A stretch of DNA of 64,000 nucleotides from a virus (taxonomy: Duplodnaviria > Heunggongvirae > Uroviricota > Caudoviricetes). The notes under the pieces are model-generated. The model saw only the letters and a list, made by a program, of their open reading frames with translations, was not told the origin of the DNA and did no database searches. Within the stretch, counting starts at the first letter, position 1. Every line of letters starts with the position of its first letter. Location: IMG/VR virus record IMGVR_UViG_3300016484_000450, positions 24,361 to 88,360 of that record; one strand, given 5' to 3'. Below are positions 21,139-30,347 of this stretch, in pieces. Position numbers and translations under genes: made by a program.

Positions 21139-22104
21139 ATGGCTAAAAATACTCTATTATTTGGTGTTATAACTGACATCCTAGGTAAACCTAAGAAAAC
21201 AAACCAATCAAAACAACAATATTCTTTTGATTGTCCAGTTTGTTCTGCTGAAAAAGGTCTTGATAATGGTGACGGTAAGGGTAACTTAGAAATTAACCTA
21301 ATTGATGGTATTTTTCATTGTTGGGCATGTGGACAAACACATGGAACACATGGTAGTTTAAGAAAGTTATTTAAAAGTTTTGGCAATAAACAACAATTAG
21401 ATACTTTAAAAAAACTTGGTGTAGATGTTTCTGAAATGAAAACAGGTAAGAAACAGAAAAATGTAATAGAAGATTTAACTTTACCTGAAACATTTATAGA
21501 GTTTAAAGACTCAAACCCAAAATCGTTAGAACATAAAACAGCTTGGAATTATTTAGTTAAAGAAAGAAAATTAACCGAAGACATTATAACCAAGTATAGA
21601 ATGGGTTATACAACAGGTGGACCTTATGCTAATAGAATTATTTTACCGTCATATGATTTAGAAGGTAAATTAAATTATTGGGTAGGTAGAACTTATATAA
21701 ACCAAAAACCAAAGTACCTTAATCCAGATTCAGATAAAGAAGAAATAATATTTAATGAATGTTGTTTAAATTGGGATTCTACAATTTATCTTGTGGAAGG
21801 ACCTTTTGACCATATTGTGGTATATAATTCTATACCCATTTTAGGTAAAAAAATATCAGATAAACTTATGTCAGCTTTATTAAAAAAATCTACAGCAGAT
21901 GTTGTTATATTAATGGACGGTGATGCCTGGGGTGATACTAAACAACTATATTCTAAATTAAATGTTGGTAAACTACATGATAGAGTTAAAGTCGTTAAAT
22001 TGAAAGAACAATACGACATATCTAAAATTAATGAAGATTTCGGTAGAGATGGTGTGATACAAGTAATGAGGTCATGTTTTAAATTAAAAGAATGTAAGTT
22101 ATGA
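21139..22104 (+). CDS. DNA primase (Zn-finger + TOPRIM, DnaG/T7 gp4-like)
   Basis: N-terminal CPVCS...CWACGQ zinc ribbon. TOPRIM motifs IYLVEGPFDHIVV (E..D) and VILMDGDAWGD (DxD). Confidence 0.7.
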   Translation: MAKNTLLFGVITDILGKPKKTNQSKQQYSFDCPVCSAEKGLDNGDGKGNLEINLIDGIFHCWACGQTHGTHGSLRKLFKSFGNKQQLDTLKKLGVDVSEMKTGKKQKNVIEDLTLPETFIEFKDSNPKSLEHKTAWNYLVKERKLTEDIITKYRMGYTTGGPYANRIILPSYDLEGKLNYWVGRTYINQKPKYLNPDSDKEEIIFNECCLNWDSTIYLVEGPFDHIVVYNSIPILGKKISDKLMSALLKKSTADVVILMDGDAWGDTKQLYSKLNVGKLHDRVKVVKLKEQYDISKINEDFGRDGVIQVMRSCFKLKECKL

Positions 22105-22334
22105 ATAAGTACAAAGTAGGTGATACGGTTAAAAAACCAAACGGTAAATGTAAATTTAAGATATTACATATAAACACTATAAATAGACGTAAATTTGGTG
22201 ATTGGTATGTAGAAAATTTAACAACTGGTAGACAATACATGACGCACAGTAAAGGGTGGATTATTTATGACCCCTTCAAACCGAAAAACATAGAAATAAG
22301 TGATTTAAGATTTGATTTTAAAAATGGGATTTAA
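22101..22334 (+). CDS. hypothetical small protein
   Basis: 77-aa ORF with ATGA overlap to the primase stop. Confidence 0.3.
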   Translation: MNKYKVGDTVKKPNGKCKFKILHINTINRRKFGDWYVENLTTGRQYMTHSKGWIIYDPFKPKNIEISDLRFDFKNGI

Positions 22335-22545
22335 TAAAAAAATTATTAAGAAAGAAATTTTGTTAGAAAGATTTAGACTTGAAGGTTATCAAGGCATCAT
22401 AGATTATATTGGTAACGCTGACACTCTACTTGGTTTAACTGATGAAATAAGAGAGATATTGGACGTAACTTATTGTGATAATTGTCCTACTAAAAAGGAT
22501 GTGGAGATTAATAAAATAATATACAAAAATGGCAGCAAATTGTAA
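22312..22545 (+). CDS. hypothetical small protein
   Basis: 77-aa ORF overlapping its neighbours. Confidence 0.25.
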   Translation: MILKMGFNKKIIKKEILLERFRLEGYQGIIDYIGNADTLLGLTDEIREILDVTYCDNCPTKKDVEINKIIYKNGSKL

Positions 22546-22777
22546 TGTAGCTGGGTTTTACCCAATTTCTAAAGAATCTGAACTTTTAAGAAGAATAGAA
22601 AGATTAAAAAGAAAGGTTAATGACCTAGAAATTAAAAATGAAAAATTAGAAAGAATAGTTAACAATTCTTTTGTTGGATTTAAATTTAATAAAGAAGATA
22701 TACCTAATAATTCTAATCACGAAGCAGCAGATGATTTGAGACGAATGAGGTTTAGACAAATGCTTAGTAGAAGATGA
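22529..22777 (+). CDS. hypothetical coiled-coil protein
   Basis: 82 aa with a heptad-like LRRIERLKRKVNDLEIKNEKLERI. Confidence 0.3.
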   Translation: MAANCNVAGFYPISKESELLRRIERLKRKVNDLEIKNEKLERIVNNSFVGFKFNKEDIPNNSNHEAADDLRRMRFRQMLSRR

Positions 22778-23526
22778 AAAGAGAATGTGATGTTTATTTA
22801 GAACCAATAGAACACGTTTATATTCATAAAAAAACGGGTGAAAAGTTTAAGTCGGTTACTACAGTTCTAAGTATGTTAGAACCACATTTTCCTGCAGAAG
22901 AAGTTGCTCTTAGGATTTCTTTACAACCAGACGATGTTAGGAAACCAGAATATAAAGGAATGACTCAACAACAAATTTTGGATGAGTGGGTTAGAATCAA
23001 TAAAGAGGCTAATGAATACGGTACTGAAATACATGAGATACTTGAAAGATATCTTTTAGCGAATAAAATATATATACCTAAAAGTGATTATGAAAGAGAT
23101 GTGATAAGTAAATTTCAAAAAGTTGATAAAATGACAGGTACTTTATACCCTGAAACTGTATTATTTTCTGAAAAATATAAAATAGCTGGAATGTGTGATT
23201 TAATTGAAGATTTTGGGGATTATTTTAATGTGTGGGATAATAAAACAAATAAAAAAATTAATTATATTTCACCTTATGGTCATTGGTTAAATAAACCTGT
23301 AACACATTTATCTGATTGCCAATACAATATATATAGCCTACAAATGTCGATTTACGCTTATTTATACCAAATGGAAACTAGGAAGAAAGTCGGTAGATTA
23401 GCTTTATATTATTTAAATCCTGAAAAAAACTATGAATTTGAAGTTATACCTTGTCCATACCTAGGTAGAGAGGCTAAAGATGTGTTAGATTATTGGAAAG
23501 AGAGTCAAGAAAAGGGGGATCATTAG
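22774..23526 (+). CDS. PD-(D/E)XK family nuclease (Cas4/RecB-like exonuclease fold)
   Basis: CDLIED...VWDNKTNKK fits a D-(x)n-(D/E)-x-K core. It sits in the replication block. Confidence 0.45.
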   Translation: MKRECDVYLEPIEHVYIHKKTGEKFKSVTTVLSMLEPHFPAEEVALRISLQPDDVRKPEYKGMTQQQILDEWVRINKEANEYGTEIHEILERYLLANKIYIPKSDYERDVISKFQKVDKMTGTLYPETVLFSEKYKIAGMCDLIEDFGDYFNVWDNKTNKKINYISPYGHWLNKPVTHLSDCQYNIYSLQMSIYAYLYQMETRKKVGRLALYYLNPEKNYEFEVIPCPYLGREAKDVLDYWKESQEKGDH

Positions 23527-24379
23527 TAACCCAATTAACAACATTGATTGAATTATCATATTTTATTCTAATTAAAGATACCCCATTTTGTACACAATAT
23601 TGGTTTTTTATTTCATCACATTTTTGTGTATATTTAAGGTTGACACCTTTTTTATCTTTAAAATGTGGTTGAAAATGTTGTATACCATCATATTCTATAC
23701 ATAAATTTAAAGAAGGGATGTAAAAATCAAATTTTAATAGGCGTTTAAATTTACAACCATTAAAAGTTTTTTGTTTAATATAATTAAACCCTAGATTATC
23801 TAGTAACATACCAAGACCGGCCTCCCCTTTTGATGTACAGCAAGATGGGCAACCTTGATTATGTGATAAATGTGTGTCTGGTCTTTGATTAAATTTACCA
23901 TGTTTTTTACAAATTATTGTTACTGGTGTTTTGTTATTAATGTAATTAACTAAACTATAATCATATTTATCACCATTTATATTTTTTGATTTTATAATAA
24001 AATATTCTGTATTACATTTTATATTCCCACTACATAAAGAACAACCTTTACCATACATATGACTTTTGGCTACTTGCTCAAATATACCGTGGTTAGGACA
24101 AATTATTTTTACTAATTCATATTGATTATTGTAGACAACCAAAGAGTAATCATATTTGTTACCATGCTTTTCTTTTGATCTTTTTATAAATGATTGTGAG
24201 TCTAATTTATTAACTGATGTCCTATTTAAAATTTTTAAATTTAAATAACTTACTTTAGCTTTTATTTTATTTATAGGTATATTTAATTTTTCAGCACACC
24301 ATTTAGCACCCATACAAGGGTAATTTTTTATTATAAAATCTATCTCATGTTTAGTATATTTATGATGTTTATTAGGCAT
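23474..24379 (-). CDS. homing endonuclease-like protein (tandem Zn-ribbon repeats + Vsr/DUF559-like PD-(D/E)XK domain)
   Basis: Two repeats match KYDYSLV...ICxxHGxFxQ...H..GCxxC. The C-terminus FDFYIPSLNLCIEYDGIQH...K resembles Vsr-like very-short-patch-repair nucleases found in phage homing endonucleases. It is an isolated minus-strand gene in a plus-strand block. Confidence 0.45.
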   Translation of the reverse strand: MPNKHHKYTKHEIDFIIKNYPCMGAKWCAEKLNIPINKIKAKVSYLNLKILNRTSVNKLDSQSFIKRSKEKHGNKYDYSLVVYNNQYELVKIICPNHGIFEQVAKSHMYGKGCSLCSGNIKCNTEYFIIKSKNINGDKYDYSLVNYINNKTPVTIICKKHGKFNQRPDTHLSHNQGCPSCCTSKGEAGLGMLLDNLGFNYIKQKTFNGCKFKRLLKFDFYIPSLNLCIEYDGIQHFQPHFKDKKGVNLKYTQKCDEIKNQYCVQNGVSLIRIKYDNSINVVNWVTNDPPFLDSLSNNLTHL

Positions 24380-24506
24380 TATTTTTGATAAATTCTTTAA
24401 TTTTATTTTCTATAAATTTAGATTTATTTATACTTAATTTTTCACTGATTTGTTTAAATTCGTTGTATAATTTTTCATCGATTGTAATTGTAACTTTTTT
24501 TTTCAT
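24372..24506 (-). CDS. small ribbon-helix-helix (CopG/Arc-like) protein
   Basis: 44-aa ORF absent from the supplied track (below its size cutoff). MKKKVTITIDEKLYNEFKQISEKLSINKSKFIENKIKEFI has an RHH beta-strand plus helix pattern. Its stop overlaps the ATG of the downstream endonuclease gene (ATGCCTAA). Confidence 0.35.
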   Translation of the reverse strand: MKKKVTITIDEKLYNEFKQISEKLSINKSKFIENKIKEFIKNNA

Positions 24507-24544
24507 ATGATATGTAATTATACATATAAATATTACCACACAAC

Positions 24545-24582
24545 AAAAAAAGAAGTCTTAAATATATAAAACTTCTTTTTCA
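24545..24582. terminator. bidirectional rho-independent terminator
   Basis: AAAGAAGT-(14 nt)-ACTTCTTT stem, flanked by an A-run and a T-run. It lies between two minus-strand genes. Confidence 0.45.
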
Positions 24583-24699
24583 GGTACTATTAATTTAACA
24601 TCGTCTTTTTTTATTACAACAAATGTGATTATAAATAATGCATCAAAGTATTTATACGATACTGTATAAACTTCTTCTTTGTAAATAACCTTTTCCATA

Positions 24700-25257
24700 T
24701 TATTTAATTTTAAATTCAATACTTAATCTGTTATAACCTTTCCATCCAGAGTTTATTTTCCACCTAAATTCTAAATCAGATGTCGACACAAAGTCGTCAA
24801 TTAAATAAATACCATTAAATGTTGAAGTAATTTTATTAATTAAATCCTCACCCACTATTTCGATCATTCCAGAAATAAAATCATTATAAACTTCTTTAGA
24901 CACTTCATAGTCACCATTACCGAAAAGGTTAATAACACGAGACATAGAACTTCTATCAGATACTTTAAAAATAGGTTCAGATAATAAGGTCCAGTCTTTA
25001 ATGTGTGATTTATCGTATTTTTTAATTTCGTATTTATTACCATCATTATCGACAGCATCGTACTTATCAAATCTAGATTTATCTAAATCAGGTAAGAAAT
25101 TAGATGGGTTAAAATTAACGGAAGCAATTTTATTAAAATTTGTTCTACCAGTACCTAACCATTTAATTCTAGGACTAGCCGATTTATGTATTAAACCGTT
25201 AGATTCACAAATTTGTTTTTCAAAATCTACACCAGTTTTATTTCTTTTTTGACCCAT
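24700..25257 (-). CDS. hypothetical protein
   Basis: The track ORF starts at 25332, but its hydrophobic N-terminus overlaps the divergent gene. An internal ATG at 25257 (MGQKRNKTG...) gives a sensible 185-aa product and leaves a divergent promoter region. Confidence 0.4.
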   Translation of the reverse strand: MGQKRNKTGVDFEKQICESNGLIHKSASPRIKWLGTGRTNFNKIASVNFNPSNFLPDLDKSRFDKYDAVDNDGNKYEIKKYDKSHIKDWTLLSEPIFKVSDRSSMSRVINLFGNGDYEVSKEVYNDFISGMIEIVGEDLINKITSTFNGIYLIDDFVSTSDLEFRWKINSGWKGYNRLSIEFKIK

Positions 25258-25263
25258 AATTCG

Positions 25264-25284
25264 TATCTTTGTTATACAAATATA
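25264..25284. promoter_or_regulatory. divergent Bacteroidetes-type -7 promoter motifs (TATCTTTG on +, TATATTTG on -)
   Basis: TATCTTTG at 25264-25271 on the + strand, upstream of the ATG at 25311. Reverse-complement TATATTTG at 25277-25284, upstream of the minus gene start at 25257. Confidence 0.35.
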
Positions 25285-25310
25285 CATAAAATAAATAAAA
25301 AAAACATAAA

Positions 25311-26468
25311 ATGAGTGGAAAAACACAATCAAATATCGAAATAAAACTTACAGAAGAAGAAACTATTAACATTAAAAATGATTTAATGAACTTCTACCGT
25401 AATCTAGAAACAATACAAGATTATTTCCTTGAGAGGAAAAAAGAAAAGATTGTGGATATTAATCACGACAAATATACTAAAGATATGTTTACTGATTATA
25501 GTATCGAACCAAAAGATATGAATTTTGAAATAGAAGTTATAGACGGTAGCTTATTCAACCCATCAACACAGATTATCACATCACTACCTTTAGAATCACA
25601 GATTGGCAGACAAATCATGATGGGTATTAAAGAAACAACAACCAATACTTATGTAGGATTTATTCGTATGGCTTCACCAGTTTTATCTATTAAACCTAGA
25701 AATGATTTCTTTGGTGAAACAGTTAGAGCTACAGCAGTTAATAAACATATGATTAACGGGGCTATTATTGTTCCAGTACAACCTTTTGGGTATAATTACC
25801 TTGGTGGTAAGTTGTTGGCTTTAATTTCATGTTCACACGAAGTTAGAAATATGTTAAAAGAAAAATATGGTGATAAAATTGATATATGTTTTTTTGAGAC
25901 AACATCTCTTTATGGTGATATTAAAGGTATGAGTCAATACGATGGATTGAAGCCTTTTATTAGATATCAGGATATGACAGAATCAGATTTGTTTTTATTC
26001 CCAACAGAACAAGTATATGACCCTATTAGACGTAAAATGAGAGAGTTATATGGTAATCCTGAATGGAATGGGAACACTGTAGACCCTGGACCATCTGGAC
26101 CAAAGATGAGAGAATTTAATAAAGCTATCTCAATCCTTAAAAACCATCTTAAACACTATAATATGGAGGAGTACCAAGAATTTTTTGATTTCACAAAAAC
26201 CCATATGAAAGCTAAGACTAAAAAGCGATATTACTATTCTAATTTTGGTTTTGATAATGTTATTGAACACGTTAATACTGGTGGTGAAGTTCCATTAGTA
26301 GAAGGTCAGAATTTCCATAAACATAGTCTTTCTTATATGATTGAGTGGTGGAAGGGCAAATCTCAGAAAAGATATGAAAAACTTGTCGAAGAAAATAAAT
26401 TAAGACATGAAATGGAAATCTACACTCTTGAAAGAATAGAGAATAACGAAGTAGATATGGTTAGATAA
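25311..26468 (+). CDS. hypothetical protein
   Basis: 385-aa ORF downstream of a TATCTTTG -7 motif. No recognisable motif. Confidence 0.4.
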   Translation: MSGKTQSNIEIKLTEEETINIKNDLMNFYRNLETIQDYFLERKKEKIVDINHDKYTKDMFTDYSIEPKDMNFEIEVIDGSLFNPSTQIITSLPLESQIGRQIMMGIKETTTNTYVGFIRMASPVLSIKPRNDFFGETVRATAVNKHMINGAIIVPVQPFGYNYLGGKLLALISCSHEVRNMLKEKYGDKIDICFFETTSLYGDIKGMSQYDGLKPFIRYQDMTESDLFLFPTEQVYDPIRRKMRELYGNPEWNGNTVDPGPSGPKMREFNKAISILKNHLKHYNMEEYQEFFDFTKTHMKAKTKKRYYYSNFGFDNVIEHVNTGGEVPLVEGQNFHKHSLSYMIEWWKGKSQKRYEKLVEENKLRHEMEIYTLERIENNEVDMVR

Positions 26469-26806
26469 TGCAACCTAGAAAAGATTTAAAATCACACGCA
26501 CTAAAAGATAAAGTAAGATTTGTATCACCTGGTGTATATACCCGTGATATAGATACAGCAGTTATAACTCTTAATGTACCGATTACTTATACCGTACAAG
26601 TAGAAAGAACTGTTAGTAATGAATTATTACACCCATATAATATGTTTAACGATGATTGGATTAGAGTTGTTAAAGAACGAACTAAATCTGACATGTTAAA
26701 AGAGTTAGTTGACAAATTATATGATAATGGACTTATTGAAATTGTTGAAACATTAGATGACAATACCAGTAGAATCCAAATGAATATTAAAGTTGTAGGT
26801 ATTTAA
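26468..26806 (+). CDS. hypothetical protein
   Basis: 112 aa with ATGA overlap. Confidence 0.3.
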   Translation: MQPRKDLKSHALKDKVRFVSPGVYTRDIDTAVITLNVPITYTVQVERTVSNELLHPYNMFNDDWIRVVKERTKSDMLKELVDKLYDNGLIEIVETLDDNTSRIQMNIKVVGI

Positions 26807-26807
26807 T

Positions 26808-27227
26808 ATGTATGTTGAAATAACAGGTAGACAAACAGGTAAATCAACTAGAATGGTTGATGATATCGCCACATTTTTAGAGGAAAATGGTAATAAAACA
26901 GCTTTAGTGGTTTCACCTACTGTTCACAGTAGAAAACTCATCAAGGAAAAAATATTTAATAAATGTGGTTATTGTGTGAACAGAGTTGTAACATCAAATA
27001 AGATGTTGCCAGTTGCTGATACAATTAAACAATATGTTGACGAATTTTTTAATGTTAGAGAAAGTGATTTAGTTATAGATAAAAATGCTTACTATTGTGG
27101 AACACCTAAAAATGATGGGTTATATGGTATCTATGAATTGATTTATGAAACCTTCCAATTACAAACAAACGGTAATATGATTCCTATTAAACCATTGAAG
27201 AGACATGAATTTGGAGGAAATAATTAG
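26808..27227 (+). CDS. small P-loop NTPase with a terminase-like deviant Walker A
   Basis: ITGRQTGKST matches the terminase large-subunit deviant Walker A ([ST]RQxGK[ST], as in T4 gp17 SRQLGKTT). LIYETF lies about 100 aa downstream in a Walker-B-like position. The ORF is only 139 aa. Confidence 0.4.
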   Translation: MYVEITGRQTGKSTRMVDDIATFLEENGNKTALVVSPTVHSRKLIKEKIFNKCGYCVNRVVTSNKMLPVADTIKQYVDEFFNVRESDLVIDKNAYYCGTPKNDGLYGIYELIYETFQLQTNGNMIPIKPLKRHEFGGNN

Positions 27228-27606
27228 AAAATGGGACGAAATGTTTATGTTAGAAGGTTTACCTGAAGAATATAAACCCAATGTTGCTATGATATATGAA
27301 AAAGTGTATCAAATATTGATTATTGATGGTAGTCTGGACACTAATATAGATGTTATATCAGTAATTATATTCCCTATTATATATACAATTTTTAAAAAAG
27401 GGTACACTATTAAAAACCCAAGAGATTTAATAATCATGTTTAAGGAATTTATAGATGATAATGGAGAAGCTATAACTGATAATACATACTCTAATGTAGA
27501 TATGGAGGCTCAAATGTATACATACTTTATTGAATATTATTGTGAACGGATTGAAGATAACGAAGAGATAGGACCAATAAAATATGTAATAAAACATAAA
27601 TTATAA
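27205..27606 (+). CDS. hypothetical protein
   Basis: 133 aa, overlapping the upstream ORF in the +1 frame. Confidence 0.3.
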   Translation: MNLEEIIRKWDEMFMLEGLPEEYKPNVAMIYEKVYQILIIDGSLDTNIDVISVIIFPIIYTIFKKGYTIKNPRDLIIMFKEFIDDNGEAITDNTYSNVDMEAQMYTYFIEYYCERIEDNEEIGPIKYVIKHKL

Positions 27607-27896
27607 TGGACTCATACTATAGATTAAAATTTTGGTTTCTACTTAATTATGAACATTTAGGGTTTGATTTATCCCCACTTTACCAGGATGAGGATAATTT
27701 AAAATTTTATTTTGGTATTGTATATAATAACAATAAAACAGATATATGTAGGATAAGTTTGGAGAATGTTTTAGATTTTACTACTCATGACCTTGAACTC
27801 AGGAAACTAATATTTGACACATTATTAACAACTTATGGTTATAGATTAGATTTAGATTTCACACCAATAAAAAAAGTTAAACAATTTGAATTGTAA
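27606..27896 (+). CDS. hypothetical protein
   Basis: 96 aa with ATGA coupling. Confidence 0.3.
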   Translation: MDSYYRLKFWFLLNYEHLGFDLSPLYQDEDNLKFYFGIVYNNNKTDICRISLENVLDFTTHDLELRKLIFDTLLTTYGYRLDLDFTPIKKVKQFEL

Positions 27897-28204
27897 TGGA
27901 TGAAATTTCAGAATGGTTTCAAGAAGTTTATGGGCGTTTAGGGTTTACGGTAACGCCCTATATATACGACCCAAATGATTTTACACCTATTAGAGGCGTA
28001 TTATGGAAAAGACCAAATGGTAGTATGGTAAAAACTAATATTAGGATATCCGTTGAGTTATTTCATGATTTAACATCTTCGTATCATGACCCCTTATTAG
28101 AATACAAATCATTACTTATAGATGCGGTAAATGATTTTTTAGAATCACAAAACTACGAAAAAGACTTTAAACCAAGAAAAAAAATCAGTAAACTTAAACT
28201 ATGA
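27896..28204 (+). CDS. hypothetical protein
   Basis: 102 aa with ATGG coupling. Confidence 0.3.
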   Translation: MDEISEWFQEVYGRLGFTVTPYIYDPNDFTPIRGVLWKRPNGSMVKTNIRISVELFHDLTSSYHDPLLEYKSLLIDAVNDFLESQNYEKDFKPRKKISKLKL

Positions 28205-28210
28205 TAAAAT

Positions 28211-29197
28211 TTATATACCATTACTACAACTTCGATCATATTTTCTAAACAAACCTATACCATCCCATTTTTTCCCGTATAAAAAATGGGATAATTTGGT
28301 TATATCATATTTTTTGTTAATTCTAACTTCACTAAATTTAGAGTGTTCTTTAAAAACGTTCCTTATTTTATAACTTATTGATAAGGAATCTAAAATTTTA
28401 GTAATAAACAGCCAATCATAATTATAAGGGCCCGTTACACCAAAACTAACATTACCTGTTTTTCTGTTTAAAGGGAAGCTACCATCACCATCAAAAAAAC
28501 CTCTAAAAAAATACGGTAAATTTTTTTTTGGTATTTTTTTAATTAGTTTGGTTGGTGGTTTTTTTGATTTTTCATGAAAATCATAACTACATAACCAATC
28601 AAAATAGGGTTTACAGTAAACATTGAAGGACCTATATCTATCTTTTTCGTCTTTAAAATTCCAACTACCATATTTAGGTAATATTTTTTCTAGAGAGTTT
28701 AACATATCTTCTTTAAGTAATGTCATAAAAATTCTGTTATTTTTTATACAACCATCAGCCCACATAAAACCTAAAAAATATACCACTATTTTATCATTAA
28801 GATTGGTTAAGTCATTATGTAATATTTTAAAATCTTCTTGGTTTTTTAGTGACTCCCTATTTAACATACTATTAACATATATATTACTCTTGACTTTAGA
28901 GTTTAAGTACACACCTATAGAATAGGCTTTATATTTTATCGACTTTTCAGGTTTATCTATTTTAGATATACATTCATTAACGCCACCATTTGGATAGCAC
29001 TTTTTTAAAATATTAACTTCTTCCTCAGTCCAAAAGTCACGTATTTTATAGTTATTTATGGGGTCAATAAAGTCTAATTCATTATAATAATTTTTATAAC
29101 CATCATTTTTTATTGGTTTTATTTTATATTTTTTTGTTAAAAAATTAAAAGAATGCTCTTTTAAATTATATTTATTGAGTATTTCCTTTTTAGTCAT
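28211..29197 (-). CDS. LAGLIDADG-family homing endonuclease (two-motif, free-standing)
   Basis: Two LAGLIDADG-type motifs, YFLGFMWADGCI and FFRGFFDGDGSF, sit about 100 aa apart. It is a lone minus-strand gene between plus-strand genes. Confidence 0.65.
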   Translation of the reverse strand: MTKKEILNKYNLKEHSFNFLTKKYKIKPIKNDGYKNYYNELDFIDPINNYKIRDFWTEEEVNILKKCYPNGGVNECISKIDKPEKSIKYKAYSIGVYLNSKVKSNIYVNSMLNRESLKNQEDFKILHNDLTNLNDKIVVYFLGFMWADGCIKNNRIFMTLLKEDMLNSLEKILPKYGSWNFKDEKDRYRSFNVYCKPYFDWLCSYDFHEKSKKPPTKLIKKIPKKNLPYFFRGFFDGDGSFPLNRKTGNVSFGVTGPYNYDWLFITKILDSLSISYKIRNVFKEHSKFSEVRINKKYDITKLSHFLYGKKWDGIGLFRKYDRSCSNGI

Positions 29198-29248
29198 AAA
29201 TGATTAATTTTAGGTTAATTATTGCGTTACAAAAAATAAATATGCCTT

Positions 29249-30046
29249 ATGTTTAAAAAAAATAAAGTTGTTTTAATTTCTGATATACATATTAGATTAT
29301 TTAAACGTTTAGATGAATATTCAGAACAATTCGATAAAGTTTATAAAATACTCACAAAAGAATCACCCCAATATATAGTCCTAGGGGGTGATATATTTCA
29401 TAATAAAAACAATTTATCACCAGAAGCTATAAGTTTAACATCTTCTTTTTTTAGGAACCTAAGTAATTTATGTGAAAAATTAATAATAATACCCGGTAAC
29501 CACGACCTATTAACCAATAATCAAGATAGGATGGACTCAATAACACCTATTGTTGATAGTTTAAATATGGAAAATTTGTGTTATTTAAAAAATAGTGAAT
29601 GTTATGATATAGGTGATTATGTTTGGTGTTTATGGTCACAAATAGAACACAACACAAGACCTAAAAATTTAGAAAATTCACTTAAAAATAATCCTAAAAA
29701 ACACATAGGATTATATCACGGTGTCATATCTGGTATGCTAACTGATATTGGTTTTAGTTTCGAGGGTGGTATGAGGTCAGATGAATTTGACGGTATGTGG
29801 TACACATTATGTGGTGATATACATAAAAGACAAATTTTTTACACATCTGAAAAAAGACCCATAATAATGGTTGGTAGTTTAATACAACAAGATTTTGGTG
29901 AGTCTGCAGATAGACATGGTATGTGTGTTGTGGACCTAGAAAAAGATGAGTATAGTTTTATAGATTTAGATTCTGATTATGGTTTTTACACATTTAGAAT
30001 AAACTCTATAGAAGATATCGAAGAAGGTTTAGAAAGGTTAGTATAA
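29249..30046 (+). CDS. sbcD: SbcD/Mre11-like metallophosphoesterase nuclease
   Basis: Calcineurin-like motifs are present in the expected order: LISDIH, GGDIFHN, IIPGNHD, GLYHGV, CGDIHKRQ. Confidence 0.7.
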   Translation: MFKKNKVVLISDIHIRLFKRLDEYSEQFDKVYKILTKESPQYIVLGGDIFHNKNNLSPEAISLTSSFFRNLSNLCEKLIIIPGNHDLLTNNQDRMDSITPIVDSLNMENLCYLKNSECYDIGDYVWCLWSQIEHNTRPKNLENSLKNNPKKHIGLYHGVISGMLTDIGFSFEGGMRSDEFDGMWYTLCGDIHKRQIFYTSEKRPIIMVGSLIQQDFGESADRHGMCVVDLEKDEYSFIDLDSDYGFYTFRINSIEDIEEGLERLV

Positions 30047-30342
30047 TGGAACCTAAAAAATATATAAAAAAATATAATTTTGATGGTTTTGATTTTGAAA
30101 AAGAATTGTATCGACTTTTAAATGAATGGTCAGAATTGGCTCAAAGTAATATTAGAAGAGGTCCTGCCAATTGGATTGTTTGTTCATCACAAGTAGCTGA
30201 TTCAATAAATTCAACGACTATGGAAGTACAAGCCGACGAGTGGAGAATAGAAGATAACAATTTTATACAAGATATACAATTAAGACCTAGAAGAGGACTT
30301 GAGTATATTAATATAACTAACACAGATATTAATTTTTTATAA
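30046..30342 (+). CDS. hypothetical protein
   Basis: 98 aa with ATGG coupling. Confidence 0.3.
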   Translation: MEPKKYIKKYNFDGFDFEKELYRLLNEWSELAQSNIRRGPANWIVCSSQVADSINSTTMEVQADEWRIEDNNFIQDIQLRPRRGLEYINITNTDINFL

Positions 30343-30347
30343 ATAAA

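Noticed and set aside
26808-27606. A complete terminase large subunit made by joining ORFs 26808 and 27205 through a frameshift.
   Set aside because: The downstream +1-frame ORF shows no terminase coupling or nuclease motifs. Only the first ORF has the terminase-like P-loop. Kept as a finding, not called as terminase.
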